Of a stretch of 64,000 bases of DNA, positions 27,033 through 41,723 are shown piece after piece. The notes beneath the pieces are model-generated. The model was not told the DNA's origin. It saw only the letters and a program-made list of their open reading frames with translations, and made no database searches. A program made the translations under genes and the position numbers. The DNA is from Eledone cirrhosa (taxonomy: Eukaryota). Each line of letters opens with the position of its first letter. Position 1 is the stretch's first letter. The stretch is taken from the NCBI GenBank assembly GCA_964016885.1, contig OZ024748.1:58714001-58778000 (forward strand), read 5' to 3'.

Positions 27033-28459
27033 ATGACATTTATTTAAACCTTTAGAGACTAAATAATAGAAATAACTTTCTTGAAAAACATGTGTTTAAG
27101 AATTAAAATGCGGTATTTATTGAGTAAATATCACATACATCTAAAACGCAATATATAAATGCGGATAAAATATCGAAACAAACAATTTTAAATGTAAATA
27201 AATATTATTAATGGTGATGTTTTTTAAGAAGTAAAATTGTCGAATAAAAACTAATTTGAAAAATAAAAGAATTTTCTATGAACATCTTTCTATTATTTAC
27301 TGAATCGTGTTATAAGTTTGATTTATTTTGACGACAGCTATTTACATTTATTTAATGTAAATATGTTTCCCAAATATATACAACTTTAATATAAATAAAT
27401 GTCTTTTATGGATTATGTTTCCCAAGTATAGTATCATGTCTCTTGATATTTCGGTTTTTATGCTATCAGTTTACACGATATTTATATTTAAAGTTTCATG
27501 GTATAAACGTTCGAGATTCTCTGTTTTGTTCTGATGTCTCATCCTTAAGTGATAAAATATTCAAGGTTTTATCCATTCATTATCTTGAAATATACGTTTG
27601 AAAGGGGATTTTATAGGTGTGTGTTTGTGACTGGTTTTGACGTTCGTTACCTTTTGCAGCAAGTGCAGGCAGCAATCAACTCGAAAGATTACATGTATCA
27701 CGAAAGAGTGACAAGCTTATGTATTGTACAGTATGTTCAGTTCATTTAGAAGACAATTGTGAATATTGCATATAATAAGGGAATACAAGACAAACTACGT
27801 ATCAGCTTATCTTCGTGTTTATATGAATATCTAGCAGATAACAAAACAGCTGTAAATATTTGATGATAAAAGATAGGACTTAGAAGTATATGTATGGAAG
27901 AAATATATACGGACGAAACGTATCATCTATTGAATTATTAGATTATGTAACTATTTGCTATAGGCGAAACTTTCTCAAAGTTTATGGTAACATAGATCAT
28001 ATAGCTTCTCATTCACCTACACCCATTCTCAACAAAGGATATACATTCAGAAGTAGGAATAATGGAACAATTGTTGAATATAATGCTTATAGCCAGTAAA
28101 GACTTTCCTACCTAGTCAGGCACTTGAGCTGTTATGAACAGAATCTAATTTTCCCTTAAACATTTTGATCCCAAACTGTCTTCAACCGTCCCTGGTTCTA
28201 TGGTATGTAATTATTCGTTTTTATGTGGCGTATACATTATATATTTATATATATATATATATATATATATGAGTGTAGTTAATATATTTCGATCCTTTGT
28301 CTTCTTTTGAACTGTTTCAGCTCCACATTTGAAAAAAGGATATTAGCCTTGAAATATCATGTGACATTGCATTGTTTAGTTTTACATGTCATCATTTACA
28401 CTTTGTCCAGGCTTGTACCGGCTTATGTATGTAAGTGTAAATATATATATATATATATT

Positions 28460-28507
<48 letters not shown>

Positions 28508-29030
28508 TGTATATATATTATATAATGTATATATATTATATATTATATATATATATTATATATATTATTATATATATATTATATATATTATATATATATT
28601 ATATATTATATATATATATTTTATATATATATTATATATATATATTATTTATATTTTATAAATATTATATATATTTTATAAATATTATATATATATATAT
28701 ATTATATATATATTATATATATATTATATATATATATTATATATATTATATATATATTATATATATATTATATATATATTATATATATATATTATATATA
28801 TATATTATATATATATATTATATATATATATTATATTATATATATATTATATTATATATTATATATATATATATTATATATTATATATATTATATATATA
28901 TTATATATATATATTATATATATATATATTATATATTATATATATTATATATATATTATATATATATATTATATATATATATTATATATATACAATATTA
29001 AATGGAAAACTATATTTATAAAACCATATT

Positions 29031-29096
29031 TATTTCATTATATATATTTCGGGGATATCATATTAACAATATGCTATGCCTTCATCAGACAAAATA
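29031..29096 (-). ncRNA. Hammerhead ribozyme (family A, inverted arm)
   Basis: Exact reverse complement of 29390-29455. Confidence 0.7.
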
Positions 29097-29389
29097 CAAT
29101 ATAAACAGTTTTATAGATAAATATATTCGACATACCGTAATAAACATCAACTTCATTTGAAGAGGTTTACGCTAGCAGTGAAAATACAGAGAGAAAGAAA
29201 GAGAGAAAGAAAAGAGGGAAAAAAAGAAAGAAAGACAAAACGAAGAAAAGGAAGAAAAAGAAGAAAAATAAAAAGGAGAAATGCATGGGACAAAATAGAG
29301 AGATGGAAAAATAGCGTAAACCTCTTCAAATGAAGTTGATGTTTATTACGGTATGTCGAATATATTTATCTATAAAACTGTTTATATTG

Positions 29390-29455
29390 TATTTTGTCTG
29401 ATGAAGGCATAGCATATTGTTAATATGATATCCCCGAAATATATATAATGAAATA
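29390..29455 (+). ncRNA. Hammerhead ribozyme (family A, sense arm)
   Basis: tattttgt-CTGATGA-aggcatagcatattgttaatatgatatcccc-GAAA-tatata-TA-atgaaata. Confidence 0.72.
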
Positions 29456-29691
29456 AATATGGTTTTATAAATATAATTTCCATTTATTTAATATCGTAAA
29501 TATACTCCAAATACTTGTTGAGTGCTTTTATATCAGTTATAAATATTTACTCGTTGTAACCCAACAATTTAAATATAACTTTCCATATATTATATATATA
29601 TATATATTATAAATAGATATATATATTATATATATATTATATATATATATATATTATATATATATATATATTATATATTATATATATATAT

Positions 29692-29722
<31 letters not shown>

Positions 29723-29817
29723 ATATATATAATATATATATTATATATATATATATTATATATATATATATTATATATATATATATTATATATATATATT
29801 ATATATATATAATATAT

Positions 29818-29908
<91 letters not shown>

Positions 29909-29948
29909 ATATATATATATATTATATATATATATATTATATATATAT

Positions 29949-29980
<32 letters not shown>

Positions 29981-30023
29981 ATATATTATATATATATATA
30001 TATTATATATATATATATATTAT

Positions 30024-30086
30024 AGGAACCAGTAAGACCCCGACAGCTGAGCTCAAGCCGTTTCGACGGCTAATTCTGGACTGGTA
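30024..30086. mobile_element. Fragment of TA-inserted hairpin element (family E)
   Basis: 'gaccccgacagctgagctcaagccgtttcgacggct' shared with 47925-47973 and 57785-57860. Confidence 0.75.
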
Positions 30087-30141
30087 TTATATATTATATA
30101 TATATATCTGGACTGGTATTATATATTATATATATATATAT

Positions 30142-30173
<32 letters not shown>

Positions 30174-30371
30174 ATATTATATATATATATATATTATATA
30201 TATATTATATATATATATATTATATATATATTATATATATATATATTATATATATTATATATATATATATTATATATATATATTATATATATTATATATA
30301 TATATTATATATATATATTATATATATTATATATATATATTATATATATATATATATATTATATATATATA

Positions 30372-30482
<111 letters not shown>

Positions 30483-30572
30483 ATATATATTATATATATA
30501 TATTATATATATATATTATATATATATATTATATATATATATTATATATATATATTATATATATATTATATG

Positions 30573-30792
30573 TGAAGGCGTGTGGCTGAGTGGTTAGAGT
30601 ATTGGATTCACAATCGTGAGGTTGTGAGTTCGATTCCTGAACCAGGCGATGCGTTATGTCCTTGAGCAAGACACTTTATTTCACGTTGCTCCTTCTACCT
30701 GGAGTTGCGACCGATAGATAGTATTAGCAATTGGAAAGACCAACGGAAACATAGTTTCCTCGGTCCGATTTGACGAAAGTCGATCGACTAGA
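30573..30792 (+). mobile_element. Second SINE family (tRNA head + CORE/Meta-like 'gtccttgagcaagacacttt' domain)
   Basis: A-box 'tggctgagtggttag', B-box 'gagttcgattcc'; near-identical to 63595-63805 including the tail. Confidence 0.85.
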
Positions 30793-31232
30793 ATATATAT
30801 TATATATATATTATATATATATATTATATATATATATTATATATATATATTATATATATATATTATATATATATATTATATATATATATTATATATATAT
30901 TATATATATATATTATATATATATATTATATATATATATTATATATATATTATGTATATATATTATATATATATTATATATATATATTATATATATATAT
31001 TATATATATATATTATATATATATTATATATATATATTATATATATATATATTATATATATATTATATATATATATTATATATATATATTATATATATAT
31101 TATATATATATATTATATATATATATTATATATATATATTATATATATATATTATATATATATTATATATATATATTATATATATATATTATATATATAT
31201 TATATATATATATTATATATATATATTATATA

Positions 31233-31281
<49 letters not shown>

Positions 31282-33029
31282 ATTATATATATATATTATA
31301 TATTATATATTATATATATATATTATATATATATTATATATATATATTATATATATATTATATATATATTATATATATATTATATATATATATTATATAT
31401 ATATTATATATATATATATTATATATATATATTATATATATATTATATATATATTATATATATATATATTATATATATATTATATATATATATGATATAT
31501 ATATATTATATATATATTATATATATATATTATATATATATATTATATATATATATTATATAATATATTATATAATATATTATATATATATATTATATAT
31601 TATATTATATATTATATTATATATATATATTATATTTATTTATATTATATGATTGAATATGAAAAACATAATGCTACTAAATCTCTCCAAATGCTTTGAT
31701 TATATTCAGTACCGTTTTAAAATTATAGGCAATATTTTTCATTAGATATAATGTGCATTACATTAACAATAATTCTAAAAACGATAAAATGCGGAATTTG
31801 CGCCACAGAAACGGCTAATTGTGGCAACCGCAGGAGATGAAGGGAATAGATTTATGGCTTCATTACGTCTGATGAAACCTAACTTAACGTTATGATAAAA
31901 ACCCTCGTGAAAGGTACTGTGCAGTCAGATAGATCCCGTTATCATATGTCTGCATATGAAGCAAATGTTAAATGCACAGCGATGCCTGCTTTGAACGAAA
32001 GTTAAATTTAATTCTAATGAAGCGCAATAAATAAATTGAATGCTGACGAAACTGTAAAATTTGGATCTCGTATCTCACTAACGCCAATTACGATATAATG
32101 CTTAGGCTACACTCCAAGTTCTAACGTATGATATCTTTGGAAAATCTGGCACTTTGGAGTATTTTTAAAATACGGGAAGAAGACTAAAAAGGGAAATTTC
32201 CATATAAACAGAAATAGCTCTTCTCTCAACGAACCCATCTGAGTATTCGCCAAATCAACTATTGACATTAATGCTATTTAAAATGTTAAAAGCACCATTC
32301 AATATATTTGTTATTAAATTAAATTAACTCATATTTTCACTTTATCTGTTGCAGAAATGTAACAGTTTAGAATTGGCAATGTACTAAGGTCAAATTAGGA
32401 ATTACATTTCGTCCAATAAACACTGAATTAGGTTATTATATATTATAATATATGCAATCGAAACTACTACATTACTTTTGGAACTTTCTCGTTACTCCTG
32501 CGAATGTTTGACAAATATAAGTGAATATTTTCATCACGTATTTACAACTAATGGCCCATGTTATTAGATTTAGTTTTCCTGTGGATTCTAATATTAATTT
32601 TTATATTTTTCAGAAAAGATTGTATACGCATCTATTCAATTTTATTACCTTGACTAAAGTTCGTTTTTCCAATTTCATATTTCAACTGAAATGCATCTAC
32701 AAGTAAAGATTAGATATATTTAATATAAATTTTGTTAGATATTGCTATATAGATATTTATAAAACTCATATTGGCTAGACATTACAACATTTTTCGTAGC
32801 AGACGAGATATACGCTCTGTTGAACCGATACTAGTAAGTGACTGATACATATTTTTGTCAAAGCTAAACACTTTAAAAGAAATGTTGAATATATATGTCA
32901 TTTTATATCGGTAAACCGAAAGTATACACGACTGGACATTCGCTCACTCACTCTTCTACTTGCACCTCTCCTTTACTTCTTTGGAATCCCGTCTGATACA
33001 TTTCTTTCATTATAAGATATTTCCCTGGA

Positions 33030-33214
33030 CAGTGGATTGGCAGTATCGGTAAAGGGTCGAACGCCATGCTTTGCAGCATACAGTTTGGCCCTATACATTC
33101 TGAGTTCAAATCCCGAGGTTAACTTTGCCTTTTACCCTTACGGGGTCGATAAAATAAAGCACCAGTAATGCACTGGGTAATTGCTGGCCTTGTGCTAAAA
33201 GTAGAAACAATTAT
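33030..33214 (+). mobile_element. Deu/Nin SINE, short subfamily
   Basis: SINE consensus; imperfect TSD 'attataag..atttccct'. Confidence 0.9.
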
Positions 33215-34224
33215 AAGTAATTTCCCTAGCTGTGTATGAATTTAAAATATAAAAAGGTGCGTAAAAGAAAAGGTCTGACACACAATTTGCAAGGAATGAC
33301 CTGAAGTATTTTATTATTGATATGGCACTAATCAGGCTGGAGAGGCCAACGAGAAGGATTATAGTAAAAATAATATATTATACTTATAATACTAACGACC
33401 TGCCATAGATTGGCTACGTCCCCCTGAGAATAACGTTAAAGGTACTCATGGTTTTGGAGTGCTCAGTCACTTGCATGTATAATTTGTAATCCATTTATAA
33501 AGTAACACAAATACCCATGGTCGAACCCGACTGAAGTTTATTTCATTCCTTCTAAAATAATCTTATCTAACGAGGTTTAGAGCCCACATTGCGGCCGTCT
33601 GTAGAATGAGAAATCTAAAGATTTTAAAAGTGTGGTATTTACCAGAATATACATAATTCTAACATAAAATTATATTATTCAAAGGCAAGCAAAGTATTGA
33701 TTTATGGGCCAAAACCTACAACAGTAAACGATAGATTTCAACCCGGCTAATTGAATTTAAATATATTATTGAAGTCATTAATAGAATGCAAATTTGTCTA
33801 AAATGTTTGCAAATGTCCTCTTTGAATAAATAAACAATAGTTATAGGTTAGATAAAATAAAATAATATTTTAACATATAGTTTGATCTCAGAAATATCGA
33901 TTCACAATTATTGTTCATTTCAGATCGAATGTCCCAACATATATTGTTTTTAACGAAATTAGTTTATGCATTTATTGAATTTCAGTGATAGGTAGCGATC
34001 AACGAAAGTTATTATATAAAAAGATATTTACAAGTACTATCTATCTAATGAAAATTTACAACGGGTATCGAAATGTTTGTGTCTAATCAACGAGAGAGAC
34101 GCATGGAAATGTGTGTACATACATGACTTCTATTGCTTATTTTCCCATAAATATATATATACACACTGTAGCGTGTCTAGTCAATAAATACTGATTACGC
34201 CAATTTCAGGTATTTTCCTTCACC

Positions 34225-34225
<1 letters not shown>

Positions 34226-34266
<41 letters not shown>

Positions 34267-34356
34267 CATATATATATATATACATGTGTGTGTGTATATA
34301 TATATATATGTACACAACATCACATACAGACATATACATATATATGCATATGTATG

Positions 34357-34389
<33 letters not shown>

Positions 34390-34410
34390 TATATAATATA
34401 TATATAATAT

Positions 34411-34453
<43 letters not shown>

Positions 34454-34512
34454 TATATATATAATATATATATAATATATATATATATATAATATATATA
34501 TATATATAATAT

Positions 34513-34578
<66 letters not shown>

Positions 34579-34693
34579 TAAATATATATATATATAATAT
34601 ATATATATATATAATATATATATATATATATAATATATATATATATATATAATATATATATATATATATAATATATATATAATATATATATAT

Positions 34694-34728
<35 letters not shown>

Positions 34729-34731
34729 ATA

Positions 34732-34771
<40 letters not shown>

Positions 34772-35008
34772 TATAATATATATATAATATATATAATATA
34801 TATATATATATATATAATATATATAATATATATATAATATATATATAATATATATATAATATATATATATAATATATATATATATAATATATATATATAA
34901 TATATATATATATAATATATATATATATAATATATATATATAATATATATATATAATATATATATATAATATATATATATAATATATATAATATATATAT
35001 ATATATAT

Positions 35009-35101
<93 letters not shown>

Positions 35102-35125
35102 ATATATATATAATATATATATAAT

Positions 35126-35157
<32 letters not shown>
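34226..35157. repeat. (TA)n/TAA satellite
   Basis: Direct reading. Confidence 0.96.
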
Positions 35158-36047
35158 CGAGGGTAATCTCAAAAGTAAGGTCTCCAAAGCGATGGGGACG
35201 TAGAAAAACTGTTCGTACGGCTGTTGGCAACACTGTGGTGATTGGTGGTTCCTTCACTCCCAAACAAACATGCGCGCGCTTCGCTGGGATGCTCAACATT
35301 GGATTGGCAGCCGCTGAGAATGGAGCTCCCGTTGAACGCTACCGCCAAATGCGAAGTTCGCGCAGTTATTCGGTTTTTGAAAAGGCGTTGAACCGATTGA
35401 AATTCATCGCCAATTGACGGAAGTGTATGGACAGTCGTGCATGGATGTCAAAAACGTTCGCAAGTGGTGTAAAGAGTTTACAGCCGGTCGTACTGAAATT
35501 TACGACGAACAAAGGACCGGGTGACGGTCAATTTCCGACGAGACAGTCGCAAAGGTTGAGGAAAACATATGTAAAGATTGGCGGATCACTCTGGATGCTC
35601 TCTGCATTTTGGTTCCTGAGGTTTCCCGAAGCACCATCCACAGGATTTTAAAGGAAAAATTGCGACTGTCTCGTCGGAAATTGACGGTTTCCCGTTTCTT
35701 TGTTCGTCGTAAATTTCAGTACGACCGGCTGTAAACTCTTTACACCACTTGCGAACGTTTTTGACATCCATTTACGACTGTCCATACACTTCCGTCAATT
35801 GGCGATGAATTTCAATCGGTTCAACGCCTTTTGCGTTCAAAAACCGAATAACTGCGCGAACTTCGCACTTGGCGGTAGCATTCAACGGAAGCTCCATTCC
35901 CAACGGCTGCCAAGCCAAGATTGAGCATCCCAGCGAAGCGCGCGCATGCTTGTTTGGGAGTCAGGGAAGCACCAATCACAACAGTGTTGCCAACAGTTTC
36001 TCTGCGTCCCCATCGCTTTGGAGACCTTACTTTTGAGATTACCCTCG
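35158..36047. mobile_element. Mariner-derived fold-back element made of two inverted 5' halves
   Basis: TA|cgagggtaatctcaaaagtaaggtctcc ... ggagaccttacttttgagattaccctcg|TA; arms ~390 bp; frameshifted mariner HTH region 'MELPLNATAKCEVRAVIRFL..GVEPIEIHRQLTEVYGQSCMDVKNVRKWCKEFTAGRTEIYDEQR' on both strands. Confidence 0.93.
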
Positions 36048-36213
36048 TATATATTACATCACACTCTCACACATATATGCACATGAATATGCATGTATAT
36101 ATGTGTATGTACATGTATTTATATATATATATATATATACACCCATGTGGATACATATGTATGTGTATATATATGTATATATATATATATATATATATTA
36201 TCACACCTACATG

Positions 36214-36256
<43 letters not shown>

Positions 36257-36400
36257 GTGGATACATATGTATGTGTATATATATATATATATTTATATAT
36301 ATGTATATATTATCACACACACATGCATACATATATATACATATACATATATATGTATATGCATGTATATATGGGAATATATATGTATGTGTATATAGAA
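36048..36400. repeat. Mixed TA/CA/TG microsatellite
   Basis: Direct reading. Confidence 0.9.
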
Positions 36401-37017
36401 TGTATGTTTCTGTTAAAATTACCTCATATTTGCATACATTTTATTACATTGTTCTGTTAGGCTGAGGATACGTATGAATTGAAATACTTATGCAACTATA
36501 AAATACATATAACATATATTATTTAGTGATAATGAATGGAAGCTAGAAACCGAGTAGAAGTGACAAACTGCTGGAGAAAACCGTATAGGCAGGAAACGGA
36601 GAGGAGACCCCTTACCTAACAAGAGGCCCTCCGAGAAGAAATGCGCAATGTGTATGAGAAAGAAGAGAAAGATTATCTAGTGGTAAAGATGTTGGACTTA
36701 ATGCTGGTCATAATGTCGTGGTTGTGATTTCCAAACTAGGCTGTGTGTTGTGTTCTTAAGCAAAACTCTTAATTTTCACGTTATTTCAGTACAGACAATT
36801 GAAAATGAGTTCCAGCAAGAGCAGGACCTCCGTCCTGTCCAGCTGGAGGGTCTTGAACTCTCAGTCACTTCACACAACGAAAACCGAGATAAACACCAGC
36901 TCGATGAGCCTCCCGGTTCGAGACAGACTTAGTATTAAATAAAAAAGGGACCAGTAAAACAAATAACAGATAATAAAGTTGCTGAACAAACTGAAGGAGA
37001 AAAAAATGAATTAACTG

Positions 37018-37775
37018 GGTGGGTGAGGTGACGTTATTTGCTGACCCTTATTTTGTTAGGGGCCAAATGCTTTCCAGCATTTGTTCATGCTCTTTACGTT
37101 CATAGTTCAAATTCCTCCGACATTAGCTTTGCTTTTTTCCTTACAGGGTCGATAAAATAAAGTATCAGTAAGTCACTGGTTCGATTTAATCACCTTTCCC
37201 CTTCCTCATAAATTGTTGCCCTTGTGTCTAAATCAGAATCAATTATTAAGGGAGGTAGATAGGCAGTATTGGTAGAGCATCGGATACCATGCTTTACGGC
37301 ATAGTTAAGTCCCTTTACGTTGTGAGTTCAAATCCTGCCGAATGTTAGCTTTGCCTTTCAGCCTAACGGGTTCGATAAAATAAAGCACTAGTAATGTACT
37401 GGGGTCGATATAATCGACTTTCCCAGCCCCACGAAATTATTGAACCCTGATTTAGACATAAGACCAACAATTTCCGGGCGGGGCGGAGTCAATTAAATCG
37501 ACCTCAGTGCAATAAAGTACCAGTAACGCACTAGGGTCGATTTAATCGATTTTTGCCTCCTGCCGAAATTGTTGGCCTTGTGCCGAAATCAGGGCAGTAT
37601 CGGTAGAGGGTCGAACGCCATGCTTTGCAGCAAAGAGTTACTTCCCTTTACGAACTGGGTTCAAATGCCGCCGAAGTTAACTTTGCCTTTCATCCTTAAG
37701 AGGGTCGATAAAATAAAGTACCAGTAATCTACTGGGTAATTGCTGGCCTTGTACCAAATGTAGAAACAATTATTT
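37018..37775 (+). mobile_element. Cluster of Deu/Nin SINEs (three near full-length plus fragments, one short inverted piece)
   Basis: Core 'ctttgcctttcatcc...gggtcgataaaataaagtaccag' repeated. Confidence 0.88.
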
Positions 37776-38117
37776 TTATCAGTAGTAGTAGTAGTAGTAG
37801 TAGTAGTAGTCTGATGTTACCGCATTCTACAATTCAGAATGCCACATGCCAGCAAATAAAGTTACTTTACTCCCTGCATGCCGTTCCTTTAACTGCTGTT
37901 GTTAAGTATTAAAGGTTAGAATGTAAATTGAATATATTGCCGTCAAAACATGAAATATAATCGTGTTATTTCCACAACATCCTGGGTAACCAACTAAATA
38001 TGGTTTACATTATAATATCATACAACATGATAAGAGAAGATAGAAAATATTTGCCCATCGCCAAGCAAAAATCTCCCAATAGATCGTAATCAGATTGTTT
38101 TCAGGTGACTAGCTTTC

Positions 38118-38546
38118 CATATTATATATATGTACATATGCACTCATATACATATGCACTAGTATATATTTATATAATATAGATATATATGTGTGTCTGT
38201 GCATATGCATTCGTATATATATATATATGTGTGTGTGTATGTATATATATATATGTGTGTATATATATGCATATGCACGCGTATATATATGTATAAAAAT
38301 GTATATATATGCATATGCACTCGTGTGTATATATATATATATATAATATATATATATATATATACACACACAGATGCACCCGTCTATATATGCATATATA
38401 TATATATATAGTGTATATATACACACACACACATATGCACTCATCTCTCTCTCTCTATATATATATATATATTAATAAAAGAAATTCCAACTTTGTCTGG
38501 TTTATTCCTTTTATTAATTTAATCTCATACACAATCATACACACCC

Positions 38547-38589
<43 letters not shown>

Positions 38590-38600
38590 TACATACATAT
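38118..38600. repeat. Mixed TA/TG/CA microsatellite
   Basis: Direct reading. Confidence 0.9.
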
Positions 38601-40084
38601 GTAACGAATAGAAAGAATATTTCAAAATTGTAATATTTCTAACATTTTGGTACAATATAATGTCCTAACGTTTTCAAAGCTGTGATGTTTTAAATCAAAA
38701 CCATGATTTTATGTGAGGTATTTATTTGAAAGATAGCTCCTTAATGGAAGTTTTCATTTATATTAACTTCGTTGTAGTTTACAATTCATAGAATTTAGAT
38801 TTTATTTTCTGTCGAGAACAAAGAATATGATATTTTCATGTAAATATCATTCATGCTTTTATTTTTTTCCGTCGGTTTAAGTTGTAATAAAAGTTGAATG
38901 CAACACATTTTCATGTGTTAGAAAATACTAGGAAAGATAGCAATATAATAATTGTGTAGAATTAATAACCACACAAAAGATTTTAGTTTTATGTCCACAA
39001 TTAAAGCAACTGCAGTACAGTACGAGGTGGGATTTTCTGTAATTTTCTTTGCTTATCAAAATATCAAATCGTAATAATTTTTTCCTCTCTTGAAAGAGTA
39101 AGAATTTACCATAGAAACGTCTTGAAAGCATAAATCTATTCTATAAAAATAGAATAGATGAAAGCATAATGAATATGCAGTTGCTGGTGTGCAACCGATC
39201 GTAAATAACTTTCACATTTTATGAATAGATGCAATTCTGTATCAAAGTCTTATCTTTCAATGTTGAAAGTTAGAGAAGAGTACAGAAAAAAAATGAGAAC
39301 ATCAGTAATCTAATGCATAACATTTTACTCAAGCCATGTGAAGAATATTTGCTTTTAATTATATAAACCGTGCCCTTTTAGTGAAACGAAACTTAAAGAT
39401 CACAATAGCACATAAAGCGATTATTTACTAAAACTGTCAGTTAGGCGCCGAATGCAAATGCCTTGATATTGACATAGCTATAAATGTTAGCTTTATATCA
39501 GGCCCTAATTTTATTTCTTTGATATGTAGATTCCATATGCATAGTCTTTGAAAGAGCATGTTAGTATTGAAAAGTCGATGAATGTATGTATGAATCAAAG
39601 AGACGTGTGGGACAGAGATGTAAAGTTTTAATCAAATATTGAATAAATATATAGACCACTATAACAGTTTTTAAATCTCATTTTATAGAAGCATGGCTTT
39701 TGATAACTATTTATATTTTGAATATAAACCTACATGTTCAGTAAATGTGTTTGTATGCCGTCTATCCAATATTTACTTGAATATTCAATATTTATAGAAG
39801 AAATAAGTTACATTATATCCAACCGTAATATTTTTAATAGTTATGAAGTTTATTGGATATAAATACTTTGGGCTATGAGATGTTTTATTTTAATTTTAAT
39901 TAAATCTATCTATGTAAAAGAAAGTAAGGCTGCGAATTGGCAGAGTCGTTAGAACGTCGACTACAATGCTTTGCGGAATCCATGTCGGCTCTCTCTGTTA
40001 GGAAAAATTGTGCCGAGGTCAAATTCGACTTTCATTTTTACGAGTTTCATAAATAAATTACCGAATCAATAATGAAGTCAATGC

Positions 40085-40405
40085 TTCTCTCTCTCGCGCT
40101 CCCCCCCCCCCTCACTCTCTCCCTCCATCTCACCCACTCCCTCTCTCACTCCCTATCACCCTCCATCCCACTCTCCCTCCTTCCCTCTCACTCTCCCTCC
40201 TTCCCTCTCACTCTCCCCCTCCCATCACTCCGCCTCTCTCACTCCCACTATCCCTCCCTCCCTCTCATTCCCGCCATCTCACTCTCCCTCCCTCCCACTT
40301 TCTCTCTCTCCCTCCCTCCCACTTTCTCTCTCTTTCTCCCTCCCACTTTCTCTCTCTTTCTCCCTCCCACTTTCTCTCTCTTTCTCCCTCTCACTCTCTC
40401 TCTCC
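40085..40405. repeat. Polypyrimidine tract with ~24-bp tandem unit 'ctccctcccactttctctctcttt'
   Basis: About 4 units at 40283-40400. Confidence 0.9.
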
Positions 40406-41117
40406 GAAAAGAATAAATTGTCTGGAGATAATGGACGCCACCAATTTTAATGTAATGCGCTATATCACTAATGTGCCCTTGCGACCCCACCAGAGTTAAG
40501 GACACCGGAATGGATTGCTGAATGGGTCATTGTTTGTTGGTGAAGATTCAGTTTGAAAACATACATTTATCAACAAATTCACACTGACTGTGGCCACTTG
40601 GCAGAGTTGTTATGGCCTTCGATAAAATAACTGAGAGAATAGGTTCTGATCTTTACGATTCGTATTCAAATCACGTCGAGATCAACTTTTACTTTCATTT
40701 GTCCAGTGTATTTAGGCAAAGAACTAATCGCGTAATGAGGTATTTCTCTCTCAAGAAGGAGGAATAGGTGACATTTAACTGCGAGAAAGGTCGCGAGCAA
40801 TCAATCACATTGGCACCTTCTCGAACAATGAAATCACTTGTATCTACGTCAATGGTTGACAGAATTCTTAAAGCGTTAGACACAATGTTTTACAGTATAC
40901 TTTACGATTTATTACGTTCTGAATTCAAATTCTTTCGAGGTCACCTTTCCAAGCTTGATAAAATAATGTACCTGTGAAGTATTGAGGTCGATATCGTCGG
41001 GTGTTTTTGTGTCAAAATTTGAAGCCATTATTCCAATCTCAAGTAAGCTATAAAATCGGATGTCTTTCGACAACGTAGAATGGCGATGGTTGTAGAACAC
41101 AAAAGTTTATAATTTAA

Positions 41118-41302
41118 TAATTGTTTCTACTTTAGGCACAAGGCCAGCAATTGCCCAGTACATTACTGGTACTTTATTTTATCGACCCCGTAAGAATGAA
41201 AGGCAAAGTTAACCTCGGCGGGATTTGAACTCAGACTGTAAAGGGACGTAACTATGCTAGAAAGTATGGCGTCCGACCCTCTACCGATACTGCCAATCCA
41301 CT
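41118..41302 (-). mobile_element. Deu/Nin SINE, short subfamily
   Basis: Clean reverse complement of the consensus. Confidence 0.93.
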
Positions 41303-41420
41303 AATGAAATCATATTTTGAAATATATATTGGATATCCAAAATCTAAAGAAAAAAATCATATCATTTAAAATAATATATATGTGGTTGATGTATATATAT
41401 GTGTGAAGGGCCATGCTATA

Positions 41421-41467
<47 letters not shown>

Positions 41468-41690
41468 CCTGAGGAAGATGATATTTAATGGAATAATCAA
41501 TACAATTAGCGTATAAGTTTTTGTATATCAACAACTTTGCAGTTTTAAGATGGCTTACAAAATATTTGGTCAGAATTAATCTAATCAGGACAAGATTTTT
41601 TAAACGATGCTGTGAGAATATGAGAAGGTATTTTTGGTTTGTATCTTGTTTCCTTTTTGCCTTTGTTCTCTTTGCTCAGTATGAGTGAGT

Positions 41691-41723
<33 letters not shown>

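Larger units (their letters stand above)
28991..29587 (+). mobile_element. Family A pLTR-like element with 5' inverted copy (fold-back)
   Basis: Inverted copy 28991-29311 joined to sense copy 29312-29587; arms ~29001-29174 and ~29312-29485 are near-perfect complements; TA tracts on both sides. Confidence 0.85.

Noticed and set aside
31869-31915. CTGATGA ... GAAA hammerhead candidate
   Set aside because: No stem I, II or III pairing; chance match.
40072-40505. Leu/Ser/Pro and Arg/Glu/Gly repeat ORFs
   Set aside because: Polypyrimidine tandem repeat.
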